Notes: generated by a model not told the origin, from the letters alone. Positions 24,399 through 32,172 are shown, counted from the first letter of the stretch. The stretch is 36,066 nucleotides of DNA from Candidatus Woesearchaeota archaeon (GCA_964397665.1 CAYNJW010000002.1:12525-48590); one strand, 5' to 3'. Numbers and translations: made by a program.

Positions 24399-25151
24399 TT
24401 AATTCTTTCTAATACAAAAAAATCTCTCTCCGTCCATCAAAAAATCATCAGTAATTATGAATTCTTCCTCGAGAAAATCTACAAACCATTTTCTTCTAAC
24501 TGCAAAATTCTTTCTCCCACTTAAACTTTCAACCGGAAGAGAAATTAAGATTCTATCTTCTTCAGTTAAAAATTCACGTAAATTCATTAAAAAGATTTTA
24601 GAAAAATTTCTATCAAGACTTTCTAAAGCATCAATTACTTGGAATAAAAAAATTAACTTCTTTCCACTTTTAACTTTATCAAAGGTTTCCTTAATAACTT
24701 CTAACTCCATTAAATCAGCACAAATTGCATTTCCATTAAAATTATTTTTATCAAAAAACGAATTCATATTCTCTACTAGTTGCCCACTTGCCTCAATAGC
24801 AAAATAAGTTATATTTCCAAAAATTTTCTTAAAATAATTATAAGAATAACCATTAACTCCTGCCCCAAAATCTAAAATAAAATTAAACTCATTACCAACA
24901 CTCTCTGAAAGTCTTTCATAAAATTTTGAGTAATCTCTTTTCTTACTGGATATGTGTGCTTGTAAAATTTCATCTGCAGTACCTTTTCCTTTTCTTACCT
25001 TATTTGTCAAAAAAACTCCAAAATATTTTCTTAGTAGTGCTCTTGCCTCCTTTACACTTTCAGTTTTATTTGCAACTCTCACAACAATTGAATCTGGAAG
25101 TTTAGAAAATTCCCTCTTTTTCTTTACCTCAGAAATAAACTCTTTATCCAT
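24399..25151 (-). CDS. SAM-dependent methyltransferase resembling 16S rRNA m7G1405 methyltransferases (FmrO/ArmA/RmtB family)
   Basis: HISSKKRDYSKFYERL compares with H-S-S-T-x-ER-(x)-FY. ILDFGAGVNGYSY compares with ILDFGCGFNP. ISLPVESLSGRK compares with SFPIKSLSGKEK in ArmA. The ArmA comparison is recalled from memory, not searched. Confidence 0.55.
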   Translation of the reverse strand: MDKEFISEVKKKREFSKLPDSIVVRVANKTESVKEARALLRKYFGVFLTNKVRKGKGTADEILQAHISSKKRDYSKFYERLSESVGNEFNFILDFGAGVNGYSYNYFKKIFGNITYFAIEASGQLVENMNSFFDKNNFNGNAICADLMELEVIKETFDKVKSGKKLIFLFQVIDALESLDRNFSKIFLMNLREFLTEEDRILISLPVESLSGRKNFAVRRKWFVDFLEEEFIITDDFLMDGERFFCIRKN

Positions 25152-25698
25152 TTTTTAAAAACTCCTTAATGACTTCTTTTTGTCTAACTTCTGGATGAAA
25201 CAAAACTCCATAAATCTTTTTTTCCTTATGCTTTATAGCTTGTATCCCTTTCTTTGATTTTGTATAAACTTTAAACTTCTCACCAATATTTTCAACACCA
25301 AATTTATGAAGGTTATAAACTTCTTTCTCACCTTTTAACCCCAAAAATGATTCTTTAAAATTCAATTTAATAAAACCAACTTCAAAAAAATCCTCACCAA
25401 CATCGTTTCTACAAACTTCACCTCCGAAAATAGAAACTAAAATTTGCATCCCCCCACAAATTCCTAAAATAGGTTTATTAAACTCTTTAATCCAAGAAAA
25501 GTTAGAAAGATAATTAAAATAATTAAAATCCATTAAACTTGTACCGCAAATTATCACTTTTTCTGCAATCTCTAAATCTTCTTTAGAAACATCTAAAAAC
25601 TTTTTTGTAAAAAACTCCTTCCCCACTATATCTTCAATAGGTTTAACAAATTCATAATAGTGTAAATTCTCCTTGCAAATATTAATTATTAATATCAT
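25144..25698 (-). CDS. Class I glutamine amidotransferase (GuaA-N/GATase1-like)
   Basis: The nucleophile elbow is GICGGMQIL and the His-Glu pair is FHPEV. The start chosen is MILIINI (ATG 25698), which forms an ATGA overlap with the upstream Dph6-like stop. Confidence 0.75.
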   Translation of the reverse strand: MILIINICKENLHYYEFVKPIEDIVGKEFFTKKFLDVSKEDLEIAEKVIICGTSLMDFNYFNYLSNFSWIKEFNKPILGICGGMQILVSIFGGEVCRNDVGEDFFEVGFIKLNFKESFLGLKGEKEVYNLHKFGVENIGEKFKVYTKSKKGIQAIKHKEKKIYGVLFHPEVRQKEVIKEFLKNG

Positions 25699-26360
25699 AA
25701 AACTATCTCTCCTCTCCATGAATTTCCTTCACCACTTGTTTGAATATCTTTTACTTTCAAAGGATTTTTAAATAAAGGGCAATTAACAACAAAACTCTCA
25801 TACTCTCCACCCTCACCAGCTACACTAATTCCCCACTTCTCTTTTATTAATCTAAGACTTCCTAAAAGACACCTATCTAATTTTTTCCCAATCCAATCTT
25901 TCGTTAAAGGATAAGCAAAAACGCCAACAATAATCACTTCGAATTTTTCTTTTATTAATTCTAAAACTAACTCTTCTTGAGGTTTTTGCCAAAGAGGATT
26001 AAATACTTCCAATTCTAACTCATTACAAATTTTTTGAATTCTTGAAGCTTGATAAACACTTTCAACAGCACCCGTAATAACTCCTTCTATCCCATAGGAT
26101 TCTTTTGCTTTCTGAAGAGCGATTTTTAAATCATTCAACTCAATTTCTTTATCCCCTTTTGTTTTCTGAATAATTAATGGAATCCCCAAGGAATCTGCTT
26201 GAACTTTAGTCTTAACTATTGAAGGTGTGTGGAACATGAAACTTTCTTTATTCTCACTTTCAAGAGTAATTAAACAAGATAATTTATATCTTTCTTTTTT
26301 TGCAATCCACGCTGCCAATGTAGAATCCTTCCCTCCAGAAAATAAAACTCCCAATTTCAT
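25695..26360 (-). CDS. dph6: Dph6/MJ0570-family PP-loop ATP pyrophosphatase (diphthine-ammonia ligase-like)
   Basis: The PP-loop is VLFSGGKDS. VAGEGGEYESFVVNCPLFK closely matches VAGEGGEFETFVLDMPLFK of the Pyrococcus homolog, as recalled. Confidence 0.75.
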   Translation of the reverse strand: MKLGVLFSGGKDSTLAAWIAKKERYKLSCLITLESENKESFMFHTPSIVKTKVQADSLGIPLIIQKTKGDKEIELNDLKIALQKAKESYGIEGVITGAVESVYQASRIQKICNELELEVFNPLWQKPQEELVLELIKEKFEVIIVGVFAYPLTKDWIGKKLDRCLLGSLRLIKEKWGISVAGEGGEYESFVVNCPLFKNPLKVKDIQTSGEGNSWRGEIVL

Positions 26361-26380
26361 AAAATTAATTAATAAAGTTA

Positions 26381-26388
26381 ATTTAAAG
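26381..26388 (-). promoter_or_regulatory. TATA-like box (CTTTAAAT on minus strand), 28 nt upstream of ATG 26360
   Basis: Heads the tightly packed four-gene minus-strand operon 26360..23181. Confidence 0.45.
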
Positions 26389-26481
26389 AATTAACTAATC
26401 AAAATAATTCTTAATAAAACAATATCTTCCAAATGACTTCTTAAAAAATCTAATCTTAAAAAAATAACTTGAATTATAAAC

Positions 26482-26489
26482 TTTATAAA
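26482..26489 (+). promoter_or_regulatory. TATA box TTTATAAA, 29 nt upstream of ATG 26511
   Basis: Supports ATG 26511 over the TTG at 26469 used by the ORF track. Confidence 0.5.
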
Positions 26490-26510
26490 TATGCCTTATT
26501 TGATAGTTAT

Positions 26511-27428
26511 ATGGCAAGCACTAATCAATCACCCTTCTATCAGAGAGCTGAAGCAGATTTTCTTAATGCTAGTTCTGATGAAGAACGACTTGAATGTTTA
26601 GAAATCATGATTAAGGAATGTCCAAAACACAAAAGTTCAGAAAATATGTTAAGAAATTTAACTACGAGATACAAAAAAATTAAAACAGGTCTTGAAAAAC
26701 AGCGGAGATCTGGAAAGACAAAAATGAAAGGTATCAAAAAAGGAGATATGCAGTTAATAATCTCTGGATTTCCTAATGTTGGAAAATCTTCATTATTTAA
26801 ACTCTTAACAAAACAAAATACAAAAATTTCTCCAACGCCCTATACAACTTATCAATCAAAATTAGGAACTACAAAATTTGAAGATGTTAAAATTCAAACA
26901 ATAGATCTTGCACCCTTCCCTAATGAAGATAAAAGCCTAATTAATTCTGCAGATGTAATCCTATTAGTTGTTGATAATATAAAACAAATAAAGGATTCTG
27001 AAAAATATTTAAAAAAAATAAAAGGAAAATTATTTATAATATATAATAAAGAAGATTTACTAAATGAAACAGAAAAAAGAAAATTAACAGCAACAATAAA
27101 TACAAAATACAAGAAATTAAAAACATATCTTTTATCTACTGAAAAACCAAATAATGAACTTCTAAAAGACTTGCTAAAAGAGATATATAATTCTTTCCCA
27201 ATTATTAGGGTTTATACTAAAGAACCGAGAAAAAAACCAACTGAAAAACCAATGATATTAAAAAGAGATTCAACAATAGAATCTGCTGCCGAAAAAATAT
27301 TAAAGGGAATGTCAAAGAATTTGAAACGTGCTAGAATTTGGGGACCTTCTTCAAAATTCGGTGGACAAACAGTTGGGATTGAACATAAACTTAAAGACAA
27401 AGACATAATCGAATTTCAAACAAAATGA
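26511..27428 (+). CDS. DRG/Rbg-type GTPase with C-terminal TGS domain (degenerate G3)
   Basis: G1 is GFPNVGKSS and G4 is NKED. The TGS region is RVYTKEP...IWGPSSKFGGQTVGIEHKLKDKDIIEF. G3 reads IDLAP rather than DxPG. Confidence 0.7.
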   Translation: MASTNQSPFYQRAEADFLNASSDEERLECLEIMIKECPKHKSSENMLRNLTTRYKKIKTGLEKQRRSGKTKMKGIKKGDMQLIISGFPNVGKSSLFKLLTKQNTKISPTPYTTYQSKLGTTKFEDVKIQTIDLAPFPNEDKSLINSADVILLVVDNIKQIKDSEKYLKKIKGKLFIIYNKEDLLNETEKRKLTATINTKYKKLKTYLLSTEKPNNELLKDLLKEIYNSFPIIRVYTKEPRKKPTEKPMILKRDSTIESAAEKILKGMSKNLKRARIWGPSSKFGGQTVGIEHKLKDKDIIEFQTK

Positions 27429-27703
27429 AAAAAAGAATTTTATTAATTATAACAATAATTTTAATTTTTATAATTATCTTAATATCAACATTTCAAAAGA
27501 ATACTTATCAAGGAAAAATAACAAAAATAAAAAATTATAATAAAAGAACAATAATAAACTTAAAAAATTATTCGATGGATTTTGTATTATTTGATAATAT
27601 AAGATATCTAGAGTCTTGTAATTCTCTAAAAATCGAAGGTGAAAAAAATACATATAAAAATAAATCTCAGATAATCATCAATAAAATAATATGTTTGAAA
27701 TAA
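27425..27703 (+). CDS. Membrane-anchored small OB-fold-like protein
   Basis: An N-terminal TM helix is followed by a pattern typical of OB folds (GKITKIKNYNKRTIINLKN..VLFDN..LKIEGEKNTYKNKSQIIINKI). An ATGA overlap links it to the DRG gene. Confidence 0.45.
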   Translation: MKKRILLIITIILIFIIILISTFQKNTYQGKITKIKNYNKRTIINLKNYSMDFVLFDNIRYLESCNSLKIEGEKNTYKNKSQIIINKIICLK

Positions 27704-28884
27704 TCCTTTTCATTTTACTCGGAGTTTTTGCAGGAACCATAACAGGCTTAATTCCGGGAATCCATACAAACTTAATTGCTGTTTTCATACTTGGGACGCT
27801 ACCCTTTTTACAACAAATTCCTGTATTAAATTTATTAATTTTTCTTGTTGCAATGGCAATGACACATACCTTTGTAGATTTCATCCCTTCAATTTATCTT
27901 GGTGCCCCAGATGAAGACACATCATTATCTGTTTTACCAGGTCATAAACTTCTTCTTCAAGGAAAAGCACATAATGCTATAAAATACACCACACTCGGTT
28001 CAATAATTGCAATAATTATTTTAATAATCCTAATCCCCATTTCTTTTTTCATCCTTGCAAAGATTTACCCTTTCATTGAAAAATTAATGTCTTGGATTCT
28101 TATTTGGATTTCTTTCTTTTTATTATATAACGAAAAAGAAAAGAAAACTATTTCTTTCATATTTTTTATGCTTGCTGGATTTCTAGGGTTAGCAAATTCA
28201 AATTTAAACCTGGCACAACCTCTTCTACCCCTTCTAACTGGTCTTTTTGGTTCATCCACATTAATTTATTCAATCTCTAAAAATTCAAAAATACCTGAAC
28301 AAATAATTGAAAAAATTAAAATTTCAAAGAAAGAAATAATAAAACCTGCAATAACTTCAGCAATAATCTCTCCTTTTTGCTCATTTCTTCCGGGACTTGG
28401 AAGCAGTCAAGCAGCAATTATTGGGCTTTCATTCAATAAAAAAACAACAGACAAAGAATTCTTAATTTTATTAGGTAGCATAAATACATTAGTTATGGGT
28501 TTCTCCTTTGTAACTTTATACTTAATAAACAAAACAAGAACTGGAATTGCTTCTGCAATCTCTGAAATAACAAAAATAACTTTCAATCAACTAACCTACT
28601 TAATAATAGCAATAATAGTTTCCTCAATTTTAGCCACAGTAATAACTTTAAACTTATCAAAAATTTTCGCAAAGCATTCTAAAAAAATAAATTATCAAAA
28701 ATTATCAAAAATTATTTTATTACTTTTAACAGTAATAATTTTTTCTATAACTGGATTACTAGGATTCTTTGTATTCATAATCTCTACAATTCTTGGATTA
28801 ACTTGCATGGCTTATAATGTTAAAAGAAGTTTCTTAATGGGTTGTCTTTTAATCCCTTCAATATTATTTTATCTTCCAATCTAA
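27691..28884 (+). CDS. Polytopic membrane protein, TctA/DUF112-like (COG1784)
   Basis: The N-terminal LLGVFAGTITGLIPGIHTN resembles the TctA GxxxGxxPG signature. There are about 10-11 helices. It overlaps the previous gene by 13 nt. Confidence 0.45.
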   Translation: MFEIILFILLGVFAGTITGLIPGIHTNLIAVFILGTLPFLQQIPVLNLLIFLVAMAMTHTFVDFIPSIYLGAPDEDTSLSVLPGHKLLLQGKAHNAIKYTTLGSIIAIIILIILIPISFFILAKIYPFIEKLMSWILIWISFFLLYNEKEKKTISFIFFMLAGFLGLANSNLNLAQPLLPLLTGLFGSSTLIYSISKNSKIPEQIIEKIKISKKEIIKPAITSAIISPFCSFLPGLGSSQAAIIGLSFNKKTTDKEFLILLGSINTLVMGFSFVTLYLINKTRTGIASAISEITKITFNQLTYLIIAIIVSSILATVITLNLSKIFAKHSKKINYQKLSKIILLLLTVIIFSITGLLGFFVFIISTILGLTCMAYNVKRSFLMGCLLIPSILFYLPI

Positions 28885-29870
28885 CTTCCAATTCCAGTAG
28901 TTGCACCAAAAATTATATTTCCTTCACAAGTTCCTGCAACACCTCTTGGAACATAAATTCTAAAATATGCTTCTTTAAACTCTGAGATTTCTAAATCATT
29001 TACCCTACTACTCAAACCAAAATATTTTGTAACTGGTGAACTTGTAAGATTCAAATAATTGTTCTCAAATTCAGATAATGTTAAAGAACCAGCTGTTGAA
29101 GCAGTAAGATTATATTTTTCATATTCTGCATTAATTAATTTGTTAGAACCTTTTGAACAATTCATAGCATAACCATCTCCTCTAGTTTGAGCATATCCTT
29201 CGAGAGTAAGATTAAACAAAGTATTTCCATAATTAATAATACTTGTTATATTCTCCTCTGAAACTGCGGTAGCATTTACTTCCCCATAATAAATTGTATC
29301 TGGTAATCCTAAAGCTAAAAGCTGACTAATAGTAAATAAGGTACTATTTTGATCTTGCCAATTAGAAGAATCATTCACAGTTAGAGTTAAATTCCAAGAA
29401 CCTGGATTTGCGTAATATTCTACTTGGAAAGTACAATTTGCTAAAACCTCATATTCATCACCATAACTTTCATTTATTGAACAAGAACTATTGAGATAAT
29501 GATCTCCTTCATCATCTGAATCGCCATAATTTGACTCAGAAGTATCGAATAAAACAGCACCAACCCACCCATTTGTTTGGTTAATATCTTCTTGACCATT
29601 ATAATCTTTTATAACAGCTAAACAACTAAGCGTGGTAACATTCGCAGGTGTTAAATCAAAATCTGAACCTTCATTACATTCGATGCTTGTAATTTCTGGA
29701 TAAACATTTCCAATATCTAACAATGTTTTAACTGTTACATTATCCTTGCCTGTAATTGCATCTACATTAAAACTAAAAGTAAAAACTAGTAAAAAACTAA
29801 CTAATAAAATTTGACTAAAAACTAAAAACTTATTTTCTATTTTAAAAACCATTATCTTAACTTTGAACAA
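28881..29870 (-). CDS. Secreted, sequon-rich two-domain beta protein, unknown family
   Basis: The signal peptide ends FSFNVDA. I count 15 N-x-S/T sequons in 329 aa, and there are several Cys pairs. The start is either TTG 29870 or ATG 29852. No C-terminal anchor is present. Confidence 0.6.
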   Translation of the reverse strand: MFKVKIMVFKIENKFLVFSQILLVSFLLVFTFSFNVDAITGKDNVTVKTLLDIGNVYPEITSIECNEGSDFDLTPANVTTLSCLAVIKDYNGQEDINQTNGWVGAVLFDTSESNYGDSDDEGDHYLNSSCSINESYGDEYEVLANCTFQVEYYANPGSWNLTLTVNDSSNWQDQNSTLFTISQLLALGLPDTIYYGEVNATAVSEENITSIINYGNTLFNLTLEGYAQTRGDGYAMNCSKGSNKLINAEYEKYNLTASTAGSLTLSEFENNYLNLTSSPVTKYFGLSSRVNDLEISEFKEAYFRIYVPRGVAGTCEGNIIFGATTGIGS

Positions 29871-29915
29871 TTTTGATTATTCATTTTGCTTAATTTAATT
29901 ATAAAATCTTTCATC

Positions 29916-30662
29916 CTAATTAACCTCCACATAAAGATAATATGCTGTTGCACCCTCAAATCCTTGGGCACCGTTTTCTGGAACTAACATTTGAAAATCA
30001 TAATCATTTTCATCGTAACCATCTGCCATATCTTCAATGAGAGTAGAATAAACAATGCTTGAAGAATCAGATAAAACAACTTCTTCAAAATCTGTACTCT
30101 GAGACACATTATCCACATAAGTATTCAAAGCTGAACAAGAGCCCAGAGTAATTGGTATTGCCCCAACATAAAATGCATTACTATTTTGTGAATCAAAAGT
30201 AGCCGTAATATTATCATCAACATTTGAGTGATTCATGGCTACATTCTCAGATTCTATTTGTGTAGGTGTTGCACAAGCAATTGAAGACCATTGAATAGTG
30301 CTTGAATTTCTTGTTGCATAAACTTGACCATTTGTAGAAGTTAAATCCCAATCATAAATTGTAGAACCTGAAGCATCTTGTAAGGTAAAAGCACCATTTA
30401 CCCAACCAACAAAAGCCTTCCAATGAGGATTCTGAACTGAAGTTGATAAATTAATTGTTGCAACATAACCTCCAGAAATATTAATTACTGAACCTCCAGA
30501 ATTTCCACCATAAGTTTCATTAGAAATATGAGTTATTGTAGGTCTATTTGGGGCAGCAGAAACCATAATAGCTCCAAAACTAAAAATCGCAACAATTGTA
30601 AGTAAAACTACTAAAACTCTTAAGGCTTCTATCTCACCGCTTTTTTCCATATCTCTTCTCAT
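29916..30662 (-). CDS. Secreted protein, paralog of 30758..31459; domain shared with C-terminus of giant adhesin
   Basis: The hydrophobic N-terminus ends VSAAPN. The motifs are WKAFVGWVNGAFTLQDASGSTIYDW, two conserved Cys, YDFQMLVPENG, and the C-terminus YYLYVEVN. Confidence 0.7.
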   Translation of the reverse strand: MRRDMEKSGEIEALRVLVVLLTIVAIFSFGAIMVSAAPNRPTITHISNETYGGNSGGSVINISGGYVATINLSTSVQNPHWKAFVGWVNGAFTLQDASGSTIYDWDLTSTNGQVYATRNSSTIQWSSIACATPTQIESENVAMNHSNVDDNITATFDSQNSNAFYVGAIPITLGSCSALNTYVDNVSQSTDFEEVVLSDSSSIVYSTLIEDMADGYDENDYDFQMLVPENGAQGFEGATAYYLYVEVN

Positions 30663-30737
30663 TTTCTTTTCCTTATATAATTTATTATTCCTCTTTGAAT
30701 AATTCCTTTCTCTCCCTCAAAAGAGGTCACCAATATT

Positions 30738-30757
30738 AATAAAAATAAAAAATAAAT
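30738..30757 (-). terminator. Oligo-T tract directly after the stop of 30758..31459
   Basis: The minus strand reads TTTATTTTTTATTTTTATT immediately after the TAA. T-runs are common in this AT-rich DNA, so this is weak. Confidence 0.3.
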
Positions 30758-31459
30758 TTATTCTAGTTCTACCCAGAAATTATATTGTGTTACAGCTGTA
30801 TCTGTTCCATGTCCATCTTCCAATACTAACATCTCAAAATCGTGAGTTGCCGCATCAAAACCAACAGTATCTTCTTGTAACAATGCTGTAAAAATAATGT
30901 TCACATTATCTGACAAAAGAACTTCATCGAAAGTTCCTGCACCCGCATTATTAAACACTTTAGTATTATTACAGACTCCAGCAGTAAATTGGTGATTATT
31001 TGTGAAAAACTCTGCATGGTCGTCGAAAGCAAAAGTTTCTTGAACACCATCAACATCATCACTTGCAATATTAAAATTTGATTCTAAAGTTGCTTGTTCT
31101 GCCTGAGAAGCACACCGAATACTTGACCAAGTAATTGATGGAGCTGTTGAAGCATAAACTTCACCCTCCGGACTTGCCAAAGACCAATTATACATCACAT
31201 TATCTGATGAATCTGCTAATTGGATTGTACCAGTAACATTACCAAAATAACCTTGCCAGGTTTGTGTTGTTGTATAACCAAATAAAGTTATTTCTGTAAC
31301 ATTTCCAGCCAAAGCATTTGGATCATTATCTGGTGAGTCTGCAACTGCACTAGATGAAGTTCCAACAGTAACATCTGAACCAGATGGAACAACTGCCAAA
31401 GCAAAGCTAGTCATAAAACAAAATACAAATAATGCAAGCATTAACCTTTTGTGTATCAT
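30758..31459 (-). CDS. Secreted protein, paralog of 29916..30662; domain shared with C-terminus of giant adhesin
   Basis: The signal peptide is MIHKRLMLALFVFCFMTSFALA. The motifs are WQGYFGNVTGTIQLADSSDNVMYNW, two conserved Cys, HDFEMLVLEDG, and the C-terminus YNFWVELE. Confidence 0.7.
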   Translation of the reverse strand: MIHKRLMLALFVFCFMTSFALAVVPSGSDVTVGTSSSAVADSPDNDPNALAGNVTEITLFGYTTTQTWQGYFGNVTGTIQLADSSDNVMYNWSLASPEGEVYASTAPSITWSSIRCASQAEQATLESNFNIASDDVDGVQETFAFDDHAEFFTNNHQFTAGVCNNTKVFNNAGAGTFDEVLLSDNVNIIFTALLQEDTVGFDAATHDFEMLVLEDGHGTDTAVTQYNFWVELE

Positions 31460-31520
31460 ATATCTCTTTTTTACCTCTTTTAGTTAGTTTTAGGTAGTAA
31501 TACTTCTTTATAAATGTTTC

Positions 31521-31588
31521 CATATCTGAAAACTATTTCCAAAAATGAAAACTGATTTCATATCTGAAGAAATCTACCAAAAATGAAA
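31521..31588. promoter_or_regulatory. Two copies of a bipartite motif CATATCTGAA-N8-CCAAAAATGAAA phased 38 nt apart (operator-like)
   Basis: CATATCTGAA occurs at 31521 and 31559. CCAAAAATGAAA occurs at 31539 and 31577. The repeat lies between the TATA-like boxes of the divergent secreted-protein operon and the wHTH gene. Confidence 0.5.
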
Positions 31589-31591
31589 GGA

Positions 31592-31599
31592 TTTAAATA
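31592..31599 (+). promoter_or_regulatory. TATA-like box TTTAAATA, 29 nt upstream of ATG 31621
   Basis: Recurrent spacing; it directly follows the second repeat unit. Confidence 0.45.
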
Positions 31600-31620
31600 G
31601 TTAATCCCACTTAGAAATAC

Positions 31621-32172
31621 ATGAGAGATACAGATTTACTAAAGGAATTAGTTGATGAAAAAATTGTAAAAACACTAAATGTTTTTGCAAAAAATCCTGA
31701 AAAAAAATTTTATTTAACTGAATTAACAAAAATAACAGGAGTTAATGTTTCATCAACATTTAGAATAATTAGTAAACTTGTAGAATCTGGATTTGTAAAA
31801 TCAAAAGTGATTGGTAGAACAAGATATTACAAAATAGATAATGCTGCAACAACTCAAAGAATGTTGAAAATGCTTGGATTTGTTGAAACTGCTTCTTCTG
31901 AACCTTTAACAAATTTTATTGAAAAGATAAAAACAATGGGGAGGATTGATAAAATCATTTTAAAAACAAAAACTCAAACAAATGCAAAATTAATCATTAT
32001 TGGTGACTTCATACCTGTAGATAGAATAACAAGAATTGCAGAAGAGATAAAAACAAATTCAAAATTTGAAATAAACTTTGTAGAATTAAACAATAAACAA
32101 TTTGAAAAACTATATGGATTTGAAGAATCAATGAGAACTGGGCAAGTACTTTACAAATCACAAAAAGAATAA
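31621..32172 (+). CDS. Winged helix-turn-helix transcription regulator (ArsR/TrmB-like N-domain) with uncharacterised C-domain
   Basis: FYLTELTKITGVNVSSTFRIISKLVESGFVKSKVIGRTRYYKI is a classic wHTH. Its stop abuts the stop of the giant gene at 32172/32173. Confidence 0.7.
   Translation: MRDTDLLKELVDEKIVKTLNVFAKNPEKKFYLTELTKITGVNVSSTFRIISKLVESGFVKSKVIGRTRYYKIDNAATTQRMLKMLGFVETASSEPLTNFIEKIKTMGRIDKIILKTKTQTNAKLIIIGDFIPVDRITRIAEEIKTNSKFEINFVELNNKQFEKLYGFEESMRTGQVLYKSQKE

Noticed and set aside
27691-28884. Candidate PilC/FlaJ/TadC platform protein for the orphan ATPase
   Set aside because: It lacks the large cytoplasmic helical domains of platform proteins. Its N-terminus (GxxxGxxPG) looks TctA/DUF112-like, it is 11 kb from the ATPase, and it is co-transcribed with the DRG gene.
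30549-30662. Possible class III (prepilin-like) signal peptide in MRRDMEKSGEIEALRVLVVLLTIVAIFSFGAIMV
   Set aside because: The residue at -2 relative to the Gly is Ser rather than Lys/Arg. An Arg sits inside the would-be mature hydrophobic segment. The segment ends in a Sec-type SAA-P cleavage context, and the paralog at 30758..31459 has an ordinary Sec signal peptide.
31521-31588. C/D box sRNA (several CUGA and AUGA elements)
   Set aside because: No proper RUGAUGA C box and no terminal stem are present. The elements are better explained as a phased direct repeat in a promoter region.
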